Positions 28,820 through 39,314 of a stretch of DNA of 64,000 nucleotides are shown piece after piece (position 1 is the first letter of the stretch; the number at the start of each line of letters is the position of its first letter). A model generated the notes under the pieces. It did no database searches. It was given only the letters and a program-made list of their open reading frames with translations, and was not told the origin of the DNA. Source of the stretch: Sphingomonadaceae bacterium. GTDB taxonomy: Bacteria > Pseudomonadota > Alphaproteobacteria > Sphingomonadales > Sphingomonadaceae. Both the position numbers and the translations under genes were made by a program. The stretch is from the NCBI GenBank assembly GCA_947476735.1, contig CANJRZ010000001.1, positions 17,288 to 81,287 on the forward strand. The letters run 5' to 3'.

Positions 28820-29008
28820 ACTTCCTTCGTTGCATTGATGCTCTCCGGTCGATGAAAACACCTTATCTCGGTGTCCATCAAACCGGCAGCAGCTCAGAAG
28901 GCCATCGCAGACGCGATGCAGATCCCTTGTCTGTTGATCGACGGGAGCGCCTGGCGCTACGCGCAGTCATCGTCGGAGAGGCTTGGCTGAGATTCGAGGA
29001 GTGGCACT

Positions 29009-29812
29009 ATGACCGAGGCACCGCACCTTTTGGTGAGCGAAGATAACGGCATCCTGATCGCCACACTCAACCGCCCCGAAAAGCTTAACGCGCTTGGCTC
29101 GCAACTCATGAAAGGGCTTGGCGAAGCGGTTGAGATTTTCCGCGATACGCCTGACCTCAAGGTGATGCTGATCAGAGCAACCGGGCGCTATTTCTCGGCC
29201 GGTGCCGATCTCAAGGAAGGGGGAGAGGGTAGCGCGATGCCCACGACCGGTTCGGGGATCAGGGAAATGCACCGCCGCCTGCCCAACCGGATGCGGCAGA
29301 TCTGGGACGAGATCGAGCATATCGAGAAACCCTTCGTCGTCGCCCATCAGGGCATGTGCGTCGGCGGAAGTCTCGAACTGTCGCTCTCCTGCGATTTCCG
29401 CCTTGCCGCGACAAGCGCCGGCTATGCCTTTCCGGAAGCCAAATTCGGCCTCCTGCCTGCCACCAATGGCGTCAGCAGACTGACCCGGCTGGTGGGACCG
29501 CACTGGGCGCGGCTGCTGATCATGGCCAATCTGCCTGCCACCGCTGCGGAAGCTTACAATATGGGCCTTGTCCACAAGGTCTTCGCCGATGAGACCTTCG
29601 AAAGGGATGTCATGGACTTCTGCCATCATCTGGCCCGCCAGAATGGCGAGATGATGGGTGCCGCCAAGATTGCAATCGAGCTCGCAGCCGATCTGGGGGC
29701 CGAGCAGGCCGCCGCGGTGGAGCGAATGGCCAACAGCTCGCTGATGCTGATGCCATCCTATCAGGAAGGCATGCGCCGACACCTCGCCACAATCGGCAGC
29801 AAGAAGGACTGA
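29009..29812 (+). CDS. Enoyl-CoA hydratase/isomerase
   Basis: YFSAGADL, CVGGSLEL, FPEAKFG; GAGGAG SD. Confidence 0.92.
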   Translation: MTEAPHLLVSEDNGILIATLNRPEKLNALGSQLMKGLGEAVEIFRDTPDLKVMLIRATGRYFSAGADLKEGGEGSAMPTTGSGIREMHRRLPNRMRQIWDEIEHIEKPFVVAHQGMCVGGSLELSLSCDFRLAATSAGYAFPEAKFGLLPATNGVSRLTRLVGPHWARLLIMANLPATAAEAYNMGLVHKVFADETFERDVMDFCHHLARQNGEMMGAAKIAIELAADLGAEQAAAVERMANSSLMLMPSYQEGMRRHLATIGSKKD

Positions 29813-29996
29813 CGCGAGGTTCGATCCGCCTGCGCGATACCCAAACAACCGCGCCCGCGTCGACCTCAATGGGCTCTCATATCCTCAGCAGGCAGGTGTT
29901 CTCAAGGCAGCAGGGCAGTCGTCGTGAAAATCCGGCCAAGCTGAGGGTCCAATCGCGACGGTGCATCGTCCTCACAGAACCCCATGCACACTTGTT

Positions 29997-30866
29997 TCAG
30001 TCGCACGCATTAAAAGAAGGCATGGGGTTGCCGGCGACGCAAGCGTCGAATGCGAACAGTCCCCCGGCGAAAGGCTGATGCGCGAGTTCGGCCACATCAA
30101 GTCCGGTACGCGCGGTAGTCACATAGGCGGTGCGCAAATCCGGTCCACCGAAGGCGATCTTGGTTACACGAGAGCACGGCAGGGCGACCTCAAGAATCAG
30201 CGTGCCGTCGGGCGCATAGCGCCTTACCCCCCAGCCGTCCCACAGCGCGACCCAGAGGCAATCCTCGCTGTCGAGCACGATACCGTCGGGATAGCCATCG
30301 GCTTGCCCAAGCTGGAGGAACAGTTCGGGAGAGGCGATTTCCGGGCCGTCGGTTACCGCATAGCGCCAGATTCGACGTCCGGCAGAATCAACAAAATAGA
30401 GAGTGCGCGCGTCGACGGTAACAGCCGGGCCATTCGTGACGATCGCGGTTGCGGGCATGGCGTGGAGATCACTCCTGTCGAGGCAGTATAGCCGACCGGT
30501 TTCCCGCGCCTCATTATCATCCATCGTTCCCAGCCACAGTCGTCCCATCGTGTCCACCGTCGCGTCATTGGTTCGGTTATGAGCCGGCATGGCAATTGTC
30601 GCGATCCGGTCGCCCAGCTTGTCGTCGGTCAGCCGGTGGATGGTGCTTTCAGAGCCGACAATCTTGCCGCCGCCTGTTGCCGGCACGATGAAGCTCGGCT
30701 TGCCACTCGTGTAGAAGCTGTCGCCCTTTCCCGTCTCGGGAAAATAGCGGTGGATCATGCCGCCATTGATATCGACAAACCAGAGAGCCTGCTCGGCCGG
30801 GCTCCAGAGTGGCCCTTCGCCCAACGCCGCGCCGACATCCCAGACAAGCCTGACCGGGGGGCTCAC
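29997..30866 (-). CDS. SMP-30/gluconolactonase family lactonase (likely pentonolactonase)
   Basis: LGEGPLW, RTNDATVD, NGPA, GYPDG; divergent from the sugar operon. Confidence 0.9.
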   Translation of the reverse strand: MSPPVRLVWDVGAALGEGPLWSPAEQALWFVDINGGMIHRYFPETGKGDSFYTSGKPSFIVPATGGGKIVGSESTIHRLTDDKLGDRIATIAMPAHNRTNDATVDTMGRLWLGTMDDNEARETGRLYCLDRSDLHAMPATAIVTNGPAVTVDARTLYFVDSAGRRIWRYAVTDGPEIASPELFLQLGQADGYPDGIVLDSEDCLWVALWDGWGVRRYAPDGTLILEVALPCSRVTKIAFGGPDLRTAYVTTARTGLDVAELAHQPFAGGLFAFDACVAGNPMPSFNACD

Positions 30867-31012
30867 GCAGGGGTTTTGGCTGTGGTGCCCGAAGGCAGAC
30901 CGTGGTGCCGATGGCGTTCGCAGGGCGCCGCGCGGAAGTGGTCATTTCGTGGATCCGCAGCGGAAGTTTCCGTCGCCTGTGAAGAACTTGCCATTTTCAT
31001 AGCTCCGGCCTG

Positions 31013-31038
31013 TTGCCATTCTATTAGTAGGAGTATAC
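31013..31038 (+). promoter_or_regulatory. Putative promoter (TTGCCA...GTATAC) overlapping a candidate GntR/FadR operator ATTAGTAGGAGTAT
   Basis: AT-rich pseudo-palindrome at 31023-31036 between divergent sugar genes; a FadR gene ends the operon. Confidence 0.4.
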
Positions 31039-31155
31039 CGCGATCCGGTCAATCAGCGGGGTACGCGGATCATCATAGGATTCCAGCGAGCCTCACAGCG
31101 AATCCCGAACGTGCGCAGTATCGCGCCCTGGAAATATGCGGACAGGAGCAGGAAC

Positions 31156-32832
31156 ATGGCAGTCAGGTTGTTCAGGCATGCGGTGGCAGGAATGGCGCTG
31201 GCGGCGTCAGCCACGGCATTTGCGCAATCAGCTGCGGTGCCGGCCACCGCGGAAGTCGGTTCGCTCACCGTCGATGCCAGCAAGCCCGGCCCGGTTATCA
31301 ATCGCGACATCTTCGGACAGTTCGCGGAACACCTTGGCAAAGGCATCTACGGCGGCGTCTGGGTCGGAAAGAACTCGAAGATTCCGAACGTGCGCGGTAT
31401 TCGCAGCGATGTCGTGAGCGCTCTGCGAGCCATCAAGGTGCCCGTCGTGCGCTGGCCGGGCGGCTGCTTCGCCGACGAATATCATTGGCGCGATGGCATC
31501 GGTCCGGCAAGCCGGCGCAAGGTTACGATCAACACTAACTGGGCGGGTGCAGTCGAACCAAATAGCTTCGGTACACACGAATTCATGGATTTTGCCGAAC
31601 AGATCGGCTCGGAGGCGTATATCTCGATCAATGTCGGTTCGGGCACGGTGCAGGAAGCTGCCGACTGGATCGAGTATATGACGGCAGTCGCGCCATCGAG
31701 CGCTGCGAAAGAGCGGGCGGCTAATGGTCGCAGCAGGCCCTACAGAGTGAAGTATCTCGGACTCGGCAACGAGATGTGGGGCTGCGGCGCTCCCTACACC
31801 GGTGAAGAATATGTCACAAAGATGAAGGTCTTCGCGCACTTCGTGCACAATCATAATCCCGAGCAGGCACCGCCTCGCATAGACTTTGCCGCCATCGCGA
31901 AGGACCTGATGACCGGCAAGCCGATGGATTCGTTGCCCAGCAATCCCAATGGCATGCGGCGGATCGCAGCTGGTCCGAACAGCGCCGACCCTTCCTATAC
32001 CGAAGTCATCATGAAGGCCTGGAAGGCGCGCAGCCCGATCTATTGGGACATCGATGGAATTTCGCTGCACCAATATACTTGGGGGTCGATGCCTTTCAAC
32101 GAACCATCTACCGGCTTTGGCGAGAAGGAATACGCCACCGTCCTGATGCAGACGCAGTGGATGGACCGCACTCTCACCAAACATTCCGAGATCATGGACC
32201 GGTATGATCCGAAGAAGCACGTCGCACTGGTCGTGGACGAATGGGGTGTCTGGCTGAAGCCCAACGAAGGCACCGAGCAGATGCACCTCATCCAGCAGAA
32301 CTCACTGCGAGACGGCATTGCTGCGGCCATGAACATCAACATCTTTTCCCGCCATGCGGACCGGGTGCGCATGACCAATATCGCGCAGATGGTGAATGTG
32401 CTGCAGTCGATGATCATGACCGACGGGCCGAAGATGGTGCTGACGCCCACTTACCACGTCTACAAGATGTACGTGCCGTTCCAGGATGCGACTTTCCTGC
32501 CCGTAACGTTTGAGGCCGGCCAGTATCGGTTCGATACCATCACCCTTCCCAAGATCGATGCCCTGGCAGCCCGCGGCAAGGACGGCAAGGTGTGGCTAGC
32601 GCTTGTCAACCTCGACCCGAACGCCGAAACCGAGGTGACGGCCAACGTGGCCGGCATCGTCGCCGGCAAGGCCCAGGGCGATGTATTGACCGCGCCCGGT
32701 TTTAACACGGTCAACACAGTTGGCGCGCCCGATGCGGTCGCGCCCAGGCCGTTCAGCGCCAACGCCGTCGACGGCAAGCTGGTCCTGCGCCTGCCGCGCC
32801 ATTCGGTAACCGTGGTTCGTCTCGAGCCGTAG
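31156..32832 (+). CDS. abfA: GH51 alpha-L-arabinofuranosidase with signal peptide
   Basis: FGQFAEHLG..IYGG, RWPGGCFADEYHW, LGNE, DEWG, NIAQMVNVLQ. Confidence 0.92.
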   Translation: MAVRLFRHAVAGMALAASATAFAQSAAVPATAEVGSLTVDASKPGPVINRDIFGQFAEHLGKGIYGGVWVGKNSKIPNVRGIRSDVVSALRAIKVPVVRWPGGCFADEYHWRDGIGPASRRKVTINTNWAGAVEPNSFGTHEFMDFAEQIGSEAYISINVGSGTVQEAADWIEYMTAVAPSSAAKERAANGRSRPYRVKYLGLGNEMWGCGAPYTGEEYVTKMKVFAHFVHNHNPEQAPPRIDFAAIAKDLMTGKPMDSLPSNPNGMRRIAAGPNSADPSYTEVIMKAWKARSPIYWDIDGISLHQYTWGSMPFNEPSTGFGEKEYATVLMQTQWMDRTLTKHSEIMDRYDPKKHVALVVDEWGVWLKPNEGTEQMHLIQQNSLRDGIAAAMNINIFSRHADRVRMTNIAQMVNVLQSMIMTDGPKMVLTPTYHVYKMYVPFQDATFLPVTFEAGQYRFDTITLPKIDALAARGKDGKVWLALVNLDPNAETEVTANVAGIVAGKAQGDVLTAPGFNTVNTVGAPDAVAPRPFSANAVDGKLVLRLPRHSVTVVRLEP

Positions 32833-32864
32833 TCAGCGCTCTAGGTAACGGAAGAGATCGTCCG

Positions 32865-34004
32865 ATGAAGTACGCTAACGCGACCGTTTTCACAGCCGCA
32901 ATGTGGCTGGCAGCGGCCGCATCCACCCATGCTGCAAACGTCGAGCGTTCGTCCGCCGGCACGCTGCGCAACGGCACCGATGTCGAAGCCGTCACACTGC
33001 GCAACGGCGCCGGGGTTGCAGCGCGCATCATCGCTTATGGCGCGACCCTGCAATCGCTGATCGCGCCTGATCGCAAGGGTCGCAAAGCCGACATCGTGCT
33101 CGGGCACGATACGGCCGCGGAATATGAAGCCAGGCAAGATTTCTTTGGCGTCACCGTCGGCCGCTTCGCAAACCGGATTGCCAGGGGCAGGTTCACTCTG
33201 GACGGCAATGCCTACCAACTGCCGCTCAACAACGGCGTAAACACCCTGCATGGCGGTGGGAACGGGTTTGACCGGCAATTATGGACGATCGTGTCCGTCA
33301 GCAATGGTCCGATTGCCTCGGTCGTGCTTTCGCTGATCAGTCCGGATGGCGATTCCGGTTATCCCGGCGAAGTGCGCTCGACCGTGACCTATTCGCTCGA
33401 CGAAATGAGTAACCTCACCATCACTTTTACCGCGACAACCACCAAGCCGACGATCATCAACATGACCAACCACGCGCTGTTCAACGTGGCAGGTCATTGC
33501 GCGCGTGAAGGCGCGATGCACCAGCGGCTGACCATTCCCGCCAGCCGTTACACGCCGGTTGACGAGACACTCATTCCGACCGGTGAACAGGAGCCGGTGA
33601 AGGGTACGGTGTTTGATTTCACAAGTGGCCGCGTGCTGGCCGATGGACTACGCGAAGGTACCGATCTGCAAATCCGCATCGGGCGTGGCTATGATCACAA
33701 CTGGGTGCTCGACAAGGGCCAGACTGCACAGCCGCAGCTTGCCGCCCGGGTCGTCGATCCCGCATCGGGGCGGGTTCTTGAAGTCCTTTCCACCGAACCC
33801 GGCTTGCAGATGTACACGGGTAATTTCCTTGACGGCTCCAATATCGGCAAGGGCGGCTGTGGCTACCGGATGGGCGATGGCTTCGTCCTCGAACCGCAGA
33901 AGTTCCCCGACACGCCCAATCGCCCCGAATTCGGCTCGGCTCGGCTCAATCCGGGCGAGACCTACCGTCACACAATGATCCTGCGCGTAAGTGCCGGGAG
34001 ATGA
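32865..34004 (+). CDS. galM: Aldose 1-epimerase (mutarotase) with a predicted signal peptide
   Basis: [30 protein letters not shown]. Confidence 0.93.
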   Translation: MKYANATVFTAAMWLAAAASTHAANVERSSAGTLRNGTDVEAVTLRNGAGVAARIIAYGATLQSLIAPDRKGRKADIVLGHDTAAEYEARQDFFGVTVGRFANRIARGRFTLDGNAYQLPLNNGVNTLHGGGNGFDRQLWTIVSVSNGPIASVVLSLISPDGDSGYPGEVRSTVTYSLDEMSNLTITFTATTTKPTIINMTNHALFNVAGHCAREGAMHQRLTIPASRYTPVDETLIPTGEQEPVKGTVFDFTSGRVLADGLREGTDLQIRIGRGYDHNWVLDKGQTAQPQLAARVVDPASGRVLEVLSTEPGLQMYTGNFLDGSNIGKGGCGYRMGDGFVLEPQKFPDTPNRPEFGSARLNPGETYRHTMILRVSAGR

Positions 34005-35785
34005 CCAGGAAGCTTCGATCGGCGGCCTGGTTCGACCACCCCGACAATATCGACATGACGGCGCTCTATCTGGAGCGCTATCTCAACTTCGGCCTGAGCC
34101 TGGAAGAACTGCGTTCCGGCAGGCCGATCATCGGCATCGCCCAGACCGGGAGCGACCTTAGCCCATGCAACCGCCACCATCTGGTGCTGGCGGAACGGGT
34201 GCGCGAAGGCATTCGCGAGGCCGGGGGCATCGCGCTCGAATTTCCGGTTCATCCGATTCAGGAAACCGGCAAGCGGCCCACCGCCGGGCTGGATCGCAAC
34301 CTGGCCTATCTCGGCCTTGTCGAAGTGCTGCACGGTTATCCGCTCGATGGCGTGGTGCTCACGATCGGCTGCGACAAGACCACACCCGCCGCGCTGATGG
34401 CGGCGGCGACGGTGAACCTGCCCGCGATTGCCCTCTCGGTCGGACCCATGCTCAACGGCTGGCACAAGGGAGAACGCACCGGCAGCGGAACCATCGTATG
34501 GAAAGCGCGCGAAATGCTGAGCCGGGGCGAGATCGACGACATCGGCTTCATCAAGCTCGTCGCCAGTTCTGCGCCATCGACAGGCTATTGCAACACGATG
34601 GGCACAGCCACCACGATGAATAGCCTGGCCGAGGCGCTTGGTATGTCGCTGCCCGGTTCGGCGGCCATTCCTGCTCCCTATCGTGACCGGCAGGAAAATG
34701 CCTACCGCACCGGCAAGCGTATCGTCGATATGGTCCGAGAAGACCTGAAGCCCTCGGATATCTTGACGCGCGAAGCGTTTCTCAACGCCATCGTCGTCAA
34801 TTCAGCCATTGGCGGTTCGACCAATGCTCCGATCCATCTCGCCGCGATTGCCCGTCACATGGGCGTCGAGCTCAGGCTCAGCGACTGGCAGGAATATGGC
34901 CACCAGATACCTCTGCTAGTCAATCTGCAACCTGCCGGGGAATATCTGGGTGAGGATTACTATCGTGCCGGCGGTGTCCCGGCGGTGGTGAATCAATTGA
35001 TGTGTGCGGGATTGATCCGTGAAGGTGCGCTCACCGTTACGGGTCGGGCCATCGGCGACAATTGCCGCAACGCGGAGATTGAGGACGAGCGGGTCATCCG
35101 CCCCTTTGCCCAGCCCCTGCTGGCCGAAGCGGGCTTCATCGCCCTGTCGGGCAATTTGTTCGACGCGGCGATCATGAAGACCAGCGTCATCAGCGAGGAC
35201 TTCCGCGCGCGCTATCTCAGTAATCCCGCCGATCCTGGCGCCTTCGAAGGCAAGGTCGTCGTGTTCGACGGTCCGGAGGACTACCATGCCCGCATCGACG
35301 ATCCTCGGCTCGATATCGACATCAACACGATGCTGGTCATGCGCGGCGCCGGACCGATCGGTTACCCCGGCGCGGCCGAAGTGGTGAACATGCGCGCGCC
35401 GGTCTATCTGCTGCGCGAGGGGGTGCGTGATCTACCGTGCCTTGGTGATGGCCGGCAATCGGGCACGAGCGCCAGCCCCTCGATCCTCAACGCCAGCCCC
35501 GAAGCGGCCGCTGGCGGTGGTCTGGCGCTGTTGCGAACGGGCGACAGGGTCCGCATCGACCTGGAGCGCTGCACGGCCGATGTGCTGCTGTCTGAAACGC
35601 TCCTCGACGAGCGGCGCGCTGCGCTTGGGGCATCCGGCGGTTATGCCTATCCGCGATCACAAACGCCGTGGCAGGCCATCCAGCGCTCGCTGGTCGGGCA
35701 GCTCGACAGCGGGGCGATCCTCGAAGGCGCGGAACAATTTCAGCGCATTGCCCAGACCACCGGCCTGCCGCGCGACAATCATTAG
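34001..35785 (+). CDS. IlvD/Edd-family sugar-acid dehydratase (likely L-arabinonate)
   Basis: SDLSPCN, GCDKTTP, GHCN-type [18 protein letters not shown]; substrate inferred from context. Confidence 0.88.
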   Translation: MTRKLRSAAWFDHPDNIDMTALYLERYLNFGLSLEELRSGRPIIGIAQTGSDLSPCNRHHLVLAERVREGIREAGGIALEFPVHPIQETGKRPTAGLDRNLAYLGLVEVLHGYPLDGVVLTIGCDKTTPAALMAAATVNLPAIALSVGPMLNGWHKGERTGSGTIVWKAREMLSRGEIDDIGFIKLVASSAPSTGYCNTMGTATTMNSLAEALGMSLPGSAAIPAPYRDRQENAYRTGKRIVDMVREDLKPSDILTREAFLNAIVVNSAIGGSTNAPIHLAAIARHMGVELRLSDWQEYGHQIPLLVNLQPAGEYLGEDYYRAGGVPAVVNQLMCAGLIREGALTVTGRAIGDNCRNAEIEDERVIRPFAQPLLAEAGFIALSGNLFDAAIMKTSVISEDFRARYLSNPADPGAFEGKVVVFDGPEDYHARIDDPRLDIDINTMLVMRGAGPIGYPGAAEVVNMRAPVYLLREGVRDLPCLGDGRQSGTSASPSILNASPEAAAGGGLALLRTGDRVRIDLERCTADVLLSETLLDERRAALGASGGYAYPRSQTPWQAIQRSLVGQLDSGAILEGAEQFQRIAQTTGLPRDNH

Positions 35786-35827
35786 ACGAGGCGCGCCCGA
35801 CTGCGGCGCCTGACAGGGAGTTCGAGA

Positions 35828-37405
35828 GTGTTAATCGATGGATCTATCTTGATCGGCAGACGAAGTGTCCGGCGCGATCAGTCATTCCAGGCGATTGAGG
35901 CGGCAACGGGCAAATCCCTTGGCCAGGCCTTCGGCGAAGCAAGCGCCGAAGACGTTGCCGAGGCTTGCGCGCTCGCGGACACGGCATTCACCGCCTTTTC
36001 CAACCTTCCGCCAGAAGCGCGCGCCTCATTTCTGGAAGCTTTGGCCGACGCGATCGTCGCTATCGGGGATGTTCTCATCATGACGGCCATGTCTGAAACC
36101 GGCCTCCCCCGGGCCCGGCTGGAAGGCGAGCGTGGACGCACTTGCGGGCAACTGCGGATGTTCGCGACTGAGTTGCGCAAGGGCGAGTGGCTCGACGTCA
36201 CGATCGATCCTGTGCGGCCTGAGCGTGTGCCGCCGCGTGGCGATCTCAGGCGTATGAATGTTGCGCTTGGACCTGTGGCCGTGTTCGGCGCATCCAATTT
36301 CCCGCTCGCTTTCTCCGTGGCCGGAGGCGACACGGCCTCGGCGCTGGCGGCAGGTTGTCCGGTCGTAGTGAAGGGCCATCCGGCCCACCCCGGTACTGGG
36401 GAACTGGTCGCCCGGGCCATTCTCTCGGTCGTGGACGCGCGTGGCCTCGCCGAAGGCGTGTTTTCCTTTCTGCCGGGGACATCGAATGATCTCGGCGCGG
36501 CGTTGGTGGCAGACCCGCGTATCAAGGCGGTTGGCTTTACCGGCTCGCGTGCGGGCGGGCTTGCGCTGGCCGCCGTGGCCGCGGCGCGGGACCAGCCGAT
36601 CCCGGTCTACGCCGAGATGAGCAGCATCAACCCCGTAATCCTGCTGCCGGGCGCGCTCGCATCGGACGCAGAGGCTTTGGGCAGCGGGTTCGTCGGATCG
36701 CTGACGCTGGGAGCAGGGCAGTTCTGCACCAATCCAGGCGTGGTGATCGCGATCGACGGACCGGATCTCGACCGCTTCGCGACAGCCGCAGCCGAAGCTA
36801 TTGCGGGAATCGAACCACCGGTCATGTTGACCTCAGGAATCCACAGTAGCTATTGCTCCGGTGTTGCCGCACTGGAAACCAATCCCGCCGTGCGCGTCAT
36901 TGCTCGGGGGCAGGCAATGCCGGTAGCTGCCCGCTGTGTCGCGGCGCTGTTCGAAACCGCGGCCGCCGACTTCCTTGCCGACGGCACCCTGGGTCAAGAG
37001 GTGTTCGGCGCCGCATCGGTCCTCGTGCGCTGCGCGGACTTCAAAGCAATGGCGCGCGTTGTTGCCGGACTGGAAGGCCAGCTTACAGCAACGGTGCACA
37101 TGAGCGCCGCTGATAGCGATGCTGCTGCCATATTGATGCCGTTGTTGCGGACGAAGGCTGGTCGGGTGCTCGCCAATGGCTGGCCTACCGGGGTCGAAGT
37201 TTGTCCAGCCATGGTCCATGGCGGGCCTTTCCCTTCGACCAGTGACGGACGAAGCACATCGGTGGGGACGCTGGCCATCGGGCGCTTCCTGCGCCCCGTC
37301 TGTTATCAGGATATCCCTGAGACATTGCTACCTGCTGCGCTTCAGACCATCAACCCGTGGAATCTGCCGCGTACGATCGACGGTAGAAGGGAAGTGCAAA
37401 GATGA
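35828..37405 (+). CDS. Alpha-ketoglutarate semialdehyde dehydrogenase (NADP+)
   Basis: VFGASNFPLAFSVAGGDTASA, EMSSINP, GQFCTNPG, HGGPFPSTSD. Confidence 0.9.
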   Translation: MLIDGSILIGRRSVRRDQSFQAIEAATGKSLGQAFGEASAEDVAEACALADTAFTAFSNLPPEARASFLEALADAIVAIGDVLIMTAMSETGLPRARLEGERGRTCGQLRMFATELRKGEWLDVTIDPVRPERVPPRGDLRRMNVALGPVAVFGASNFPLAFSVAGGDTASALAAGCPVVVKGHPAHPGTGELVARAILSVVDARGLAEGVFSFLPGTSNDLGAALVADPRIKAVGFTGSRAGGLALAAVAAARDQPIPVYAEMSSINPVILLPGALASDAEALGSGFVGSLTLGAGQFCTNPGVVIAIDGPDLDRFATAAAEAIAGIEPPVMLTSGIHSSYCSGVAALETNPAVRVIARGQAMPVAARCVAALFETAAADFLADGTLGQEVFGAASVLVRCADFKAMARVVAGLEGQLTATVHMSAADSDAAAILMPLLRTKAGRVLANGWPTGVEVCPAMVHGGPFPSTSDGRSTSVGTLAIGRFLRPVCYQDIPETLLPAALQTINPWNLPRTIDGRREVQR

Positions 37406-38382
37406 TCCGGTCGCTGATCCAGTTCACGAAGAATGGCCAACGCGGCGTCGCGGCGCTCAATGCGCAGACCCAACCCCTGGTATTGCAGGGCGTCGAAACA
37501 ACGCTGCATCTGGCGCGGCAGGCCCTGTCCGCCGGGTTACCCATCGCCGTCCTGGCGGAGAACAGCTTGGGAACACCCATCGATCTGAATGCCGTCACAC
37601 TTCTGACCCCCATCGATCATCCGGATGCGTCCCATCTCATTGTGTCCGGTACGGGTCTTACCCATCTCGGCTCTGCCGAAGGGCGCGACAAGATGCACAA
37701 AGCGGCTTCGAGCGGAGAGTCTCTGACCGATTCGATGCGTATGTTCCTGATGGGCCAGGAAGGCGGCAAGCCTGCTGCAGGCTTCGTCGGGGTGCAGCCC
37801 GAATGGTTCTACAAGGGCGATGGCTCTATTCTCCTCGCGTCCGAAGCGTCCTTCGCAATGCCCGCCTTTGCGGAGGATGGCAGCGAAGAGCCCGAGATGG
37901 CCGGGGTCTATCTGATCGGCGATGACGGCATGCCGGTGCGGTTGGGATTCTGCATGGGCAATGAGTTTTCCGATCATGTAACCGAGCGCGGCAATTATCT
38001 CTGGCTGGCGCATTCGAAGCTGCGGCAGGCAGCCCTGGCGCCAGAGCTGCGGTTGGGCGAGCTTCCGGAAGATGTTCGGGGCATCAGCCGGATTCTTCGC
38101 GACGGAACGGTAGTCTGGGAGAAGCCGTTCCTCTCCGGAGAGGCGAATATGTCCCACTCGATCGCCAATCTCGAGCACCACCATTTCAAGAACAATTTGT
38201 TCCGGCGACCCGGTGACCTGCATGTACACTTCTTCGGCACCGCCACCCTGTCCTTTTCTGATGGCCTGCGAACGCAGGAAGGTGATGTTTTCGAGATTGA
38301 GTGCGATGCATTCGTTCTGCCTCTGCGCAATTCGCTGCGGCGCGCAGGGGATGAAGGCTTGATCTCGGTGAAGCAGTTATGA
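37402..38382 (+). CDS. AraD1/GguC-like FAH-family protein (candidate 2-keto-3-deoxypentonate dehydratase)
   Basis: SGTGLTHLGSA, QPEWFYKG, GNEFSDH, HFFGTATLSF. Confidence 0.85.
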   Translation: MIRSLIQFTKNGQRGVAALNAQTQPLVLQGVETTLHLARQALSAGLPIAVLAENSLGTPIDLNAVTLLTPIDHPDASHLIVSGTGLTHLGSAEGRDKMHKAASSGESLTDSMRMFLMGQEGGKPAAGFVGVQPEWFYKGDGSILLASEASFAMPAFAEDGSEEPEMAGVYLIGDDGMPVRLGFCMGNEFSDHVTERGNYLWLAHSKLRQAALAPELRLGELPEDVRGISRILRDGTVVWEKPFLSGEANMSHSIANLEHHHFKNNLFRRPGDLHVHFFGTATLSFSDGLRTQEGDVFEIECDAFVLPLRNSLRRAGDEGLISVKQL

Positions 38383-39314
38383 GCCATGCTATCCGCATGG
38401 GGCTCGTTGGGCTGGGCAAAATCGCCCGCGACGAGCACCTGCCCGCCATCGCGTTTACTGAGGGAGCGGAGCTGGTCGCCATCGCCAGTCGAAATGCAGA
38501 AGTGGAGGATGTGGCCAGTTTTCCCGATTTGACGGCGATGCTGGCGGGCCGGCCGGATATCGAGGCGGTGATCCTGTGCCAGCCGCCGCATGTGCGCTAT
38601 GAAGCCGCTCGCGCGGCATTGCTAGCGGGGAAGCACCTTTTTCTGGAAAAGCCCCCGGGCGCCACTCTTTCGGAAGTCGAGGCGCTGATCCGGCTGGCTC
38701 GGCAGCAAGGAGTTTCTCTCTTTGCCAGCTGGCACTCGCGCTATTCCGCTTCGGTCTCGTGCGCGCGGCAATGGTGTACGACTCGCCGGCTAACCCGTGT
38801 CCAGATCGACTGGAAAGAGGATGTCCGCCGCTGGCATCCAGGGCAGGACTGGATCTGGGAAGCGGGCGGCTTCGGCGTGTTCGATCCCGGTATCAACGCC
38901 TTGTCGATCCTGACCGCGGTGCTCGACGATAATGTTCGCCTGATTGATGCGACACTGCAGGTTCCCGCCAATCGAGCGACTCCGATAGCAGTGGATATGG
39001 CGATGGCGACCGCTGGAGGCATCCCGGTTGCCGCGACATTCGACTGGCGTCAGACCGGCCCGCAAATCTGGCAGATCATGTTCGAGGCGGGGGATGAAAC
39101 CTATCGCTTCGTTCAGGGTGGTGAAGATGCGGCGCACACGCTTGCGGGCCAAGAGTCGGCGCTGACCCAGGAATATCGCGCCATGTATCGCCGCTTTGTC
39201 GATCTGGTGCGATCTGGTGAAAGCGATGTCGATGTTGCACCGCTGCAGCTCGTGGCCGATGCTTATCTTCGCGGCACGTCCCGCACCATTGAGCTGTTCG
39301 AAGATTGGAAATGA
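38379..39314 (+). CDS. Gfo/Idh/MocA sugar dehydrogenase (L-arabinose/D-galactose 1-dehydrogenase-like)
   Basis: GLGKIARDEH, LEKPPG, WKEDVRRWHPGQDWIW, FDPGINALS. Confidence 0.88.
   Translation: MSHAIRMGLVGLGKIARDEHLPAIAFTEGAELVAIASRNAEVEDVASFPDLTAMLAGRPDIEAVILCQPPHVRYEAARAALLAGKHLFLEKPPGATLSEVEALIRLARQQGVSLFASWHSRYSASVSCARQWCTTRRLTRVQIDWKEDVRRWHPGQDWIWEAGGFGVFDPGINALSILTAVLDDNVRLIDATLQVPANRATPIAVDMAMATAGGIPVAATFDWRQTGPQIWQIMFEAGDETYRFVQGGEDAAHTLAGQESALTQEYRAMYRRFVDLVRSGESDVDVAPLQLVADAYLRGTSRTIELFEDWK

Larger units (their letters stand above)
23700..28900. mobile_element. Decayed integrative element (large serine recombinase, DUF2924-like, DUF3489-like, ParB-MTase pseudogene, C-protein-like HTH); boundaries approximate
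   Basis: Mobile-type genes, mostly on the minus strand, interrupt a plus-strand run of acyl-CoA genes. No convincing att repeat was found. Confidence 0.75.

Noticed and set aside
23731-28862. GAAAATACC (23731) and GAAAACACC (28854) as candidate flanking direct repeats of the element
   Set aside because: Only 8 of 9 bp match, which is expected by chance; an empty-site genome is needed to define the ends
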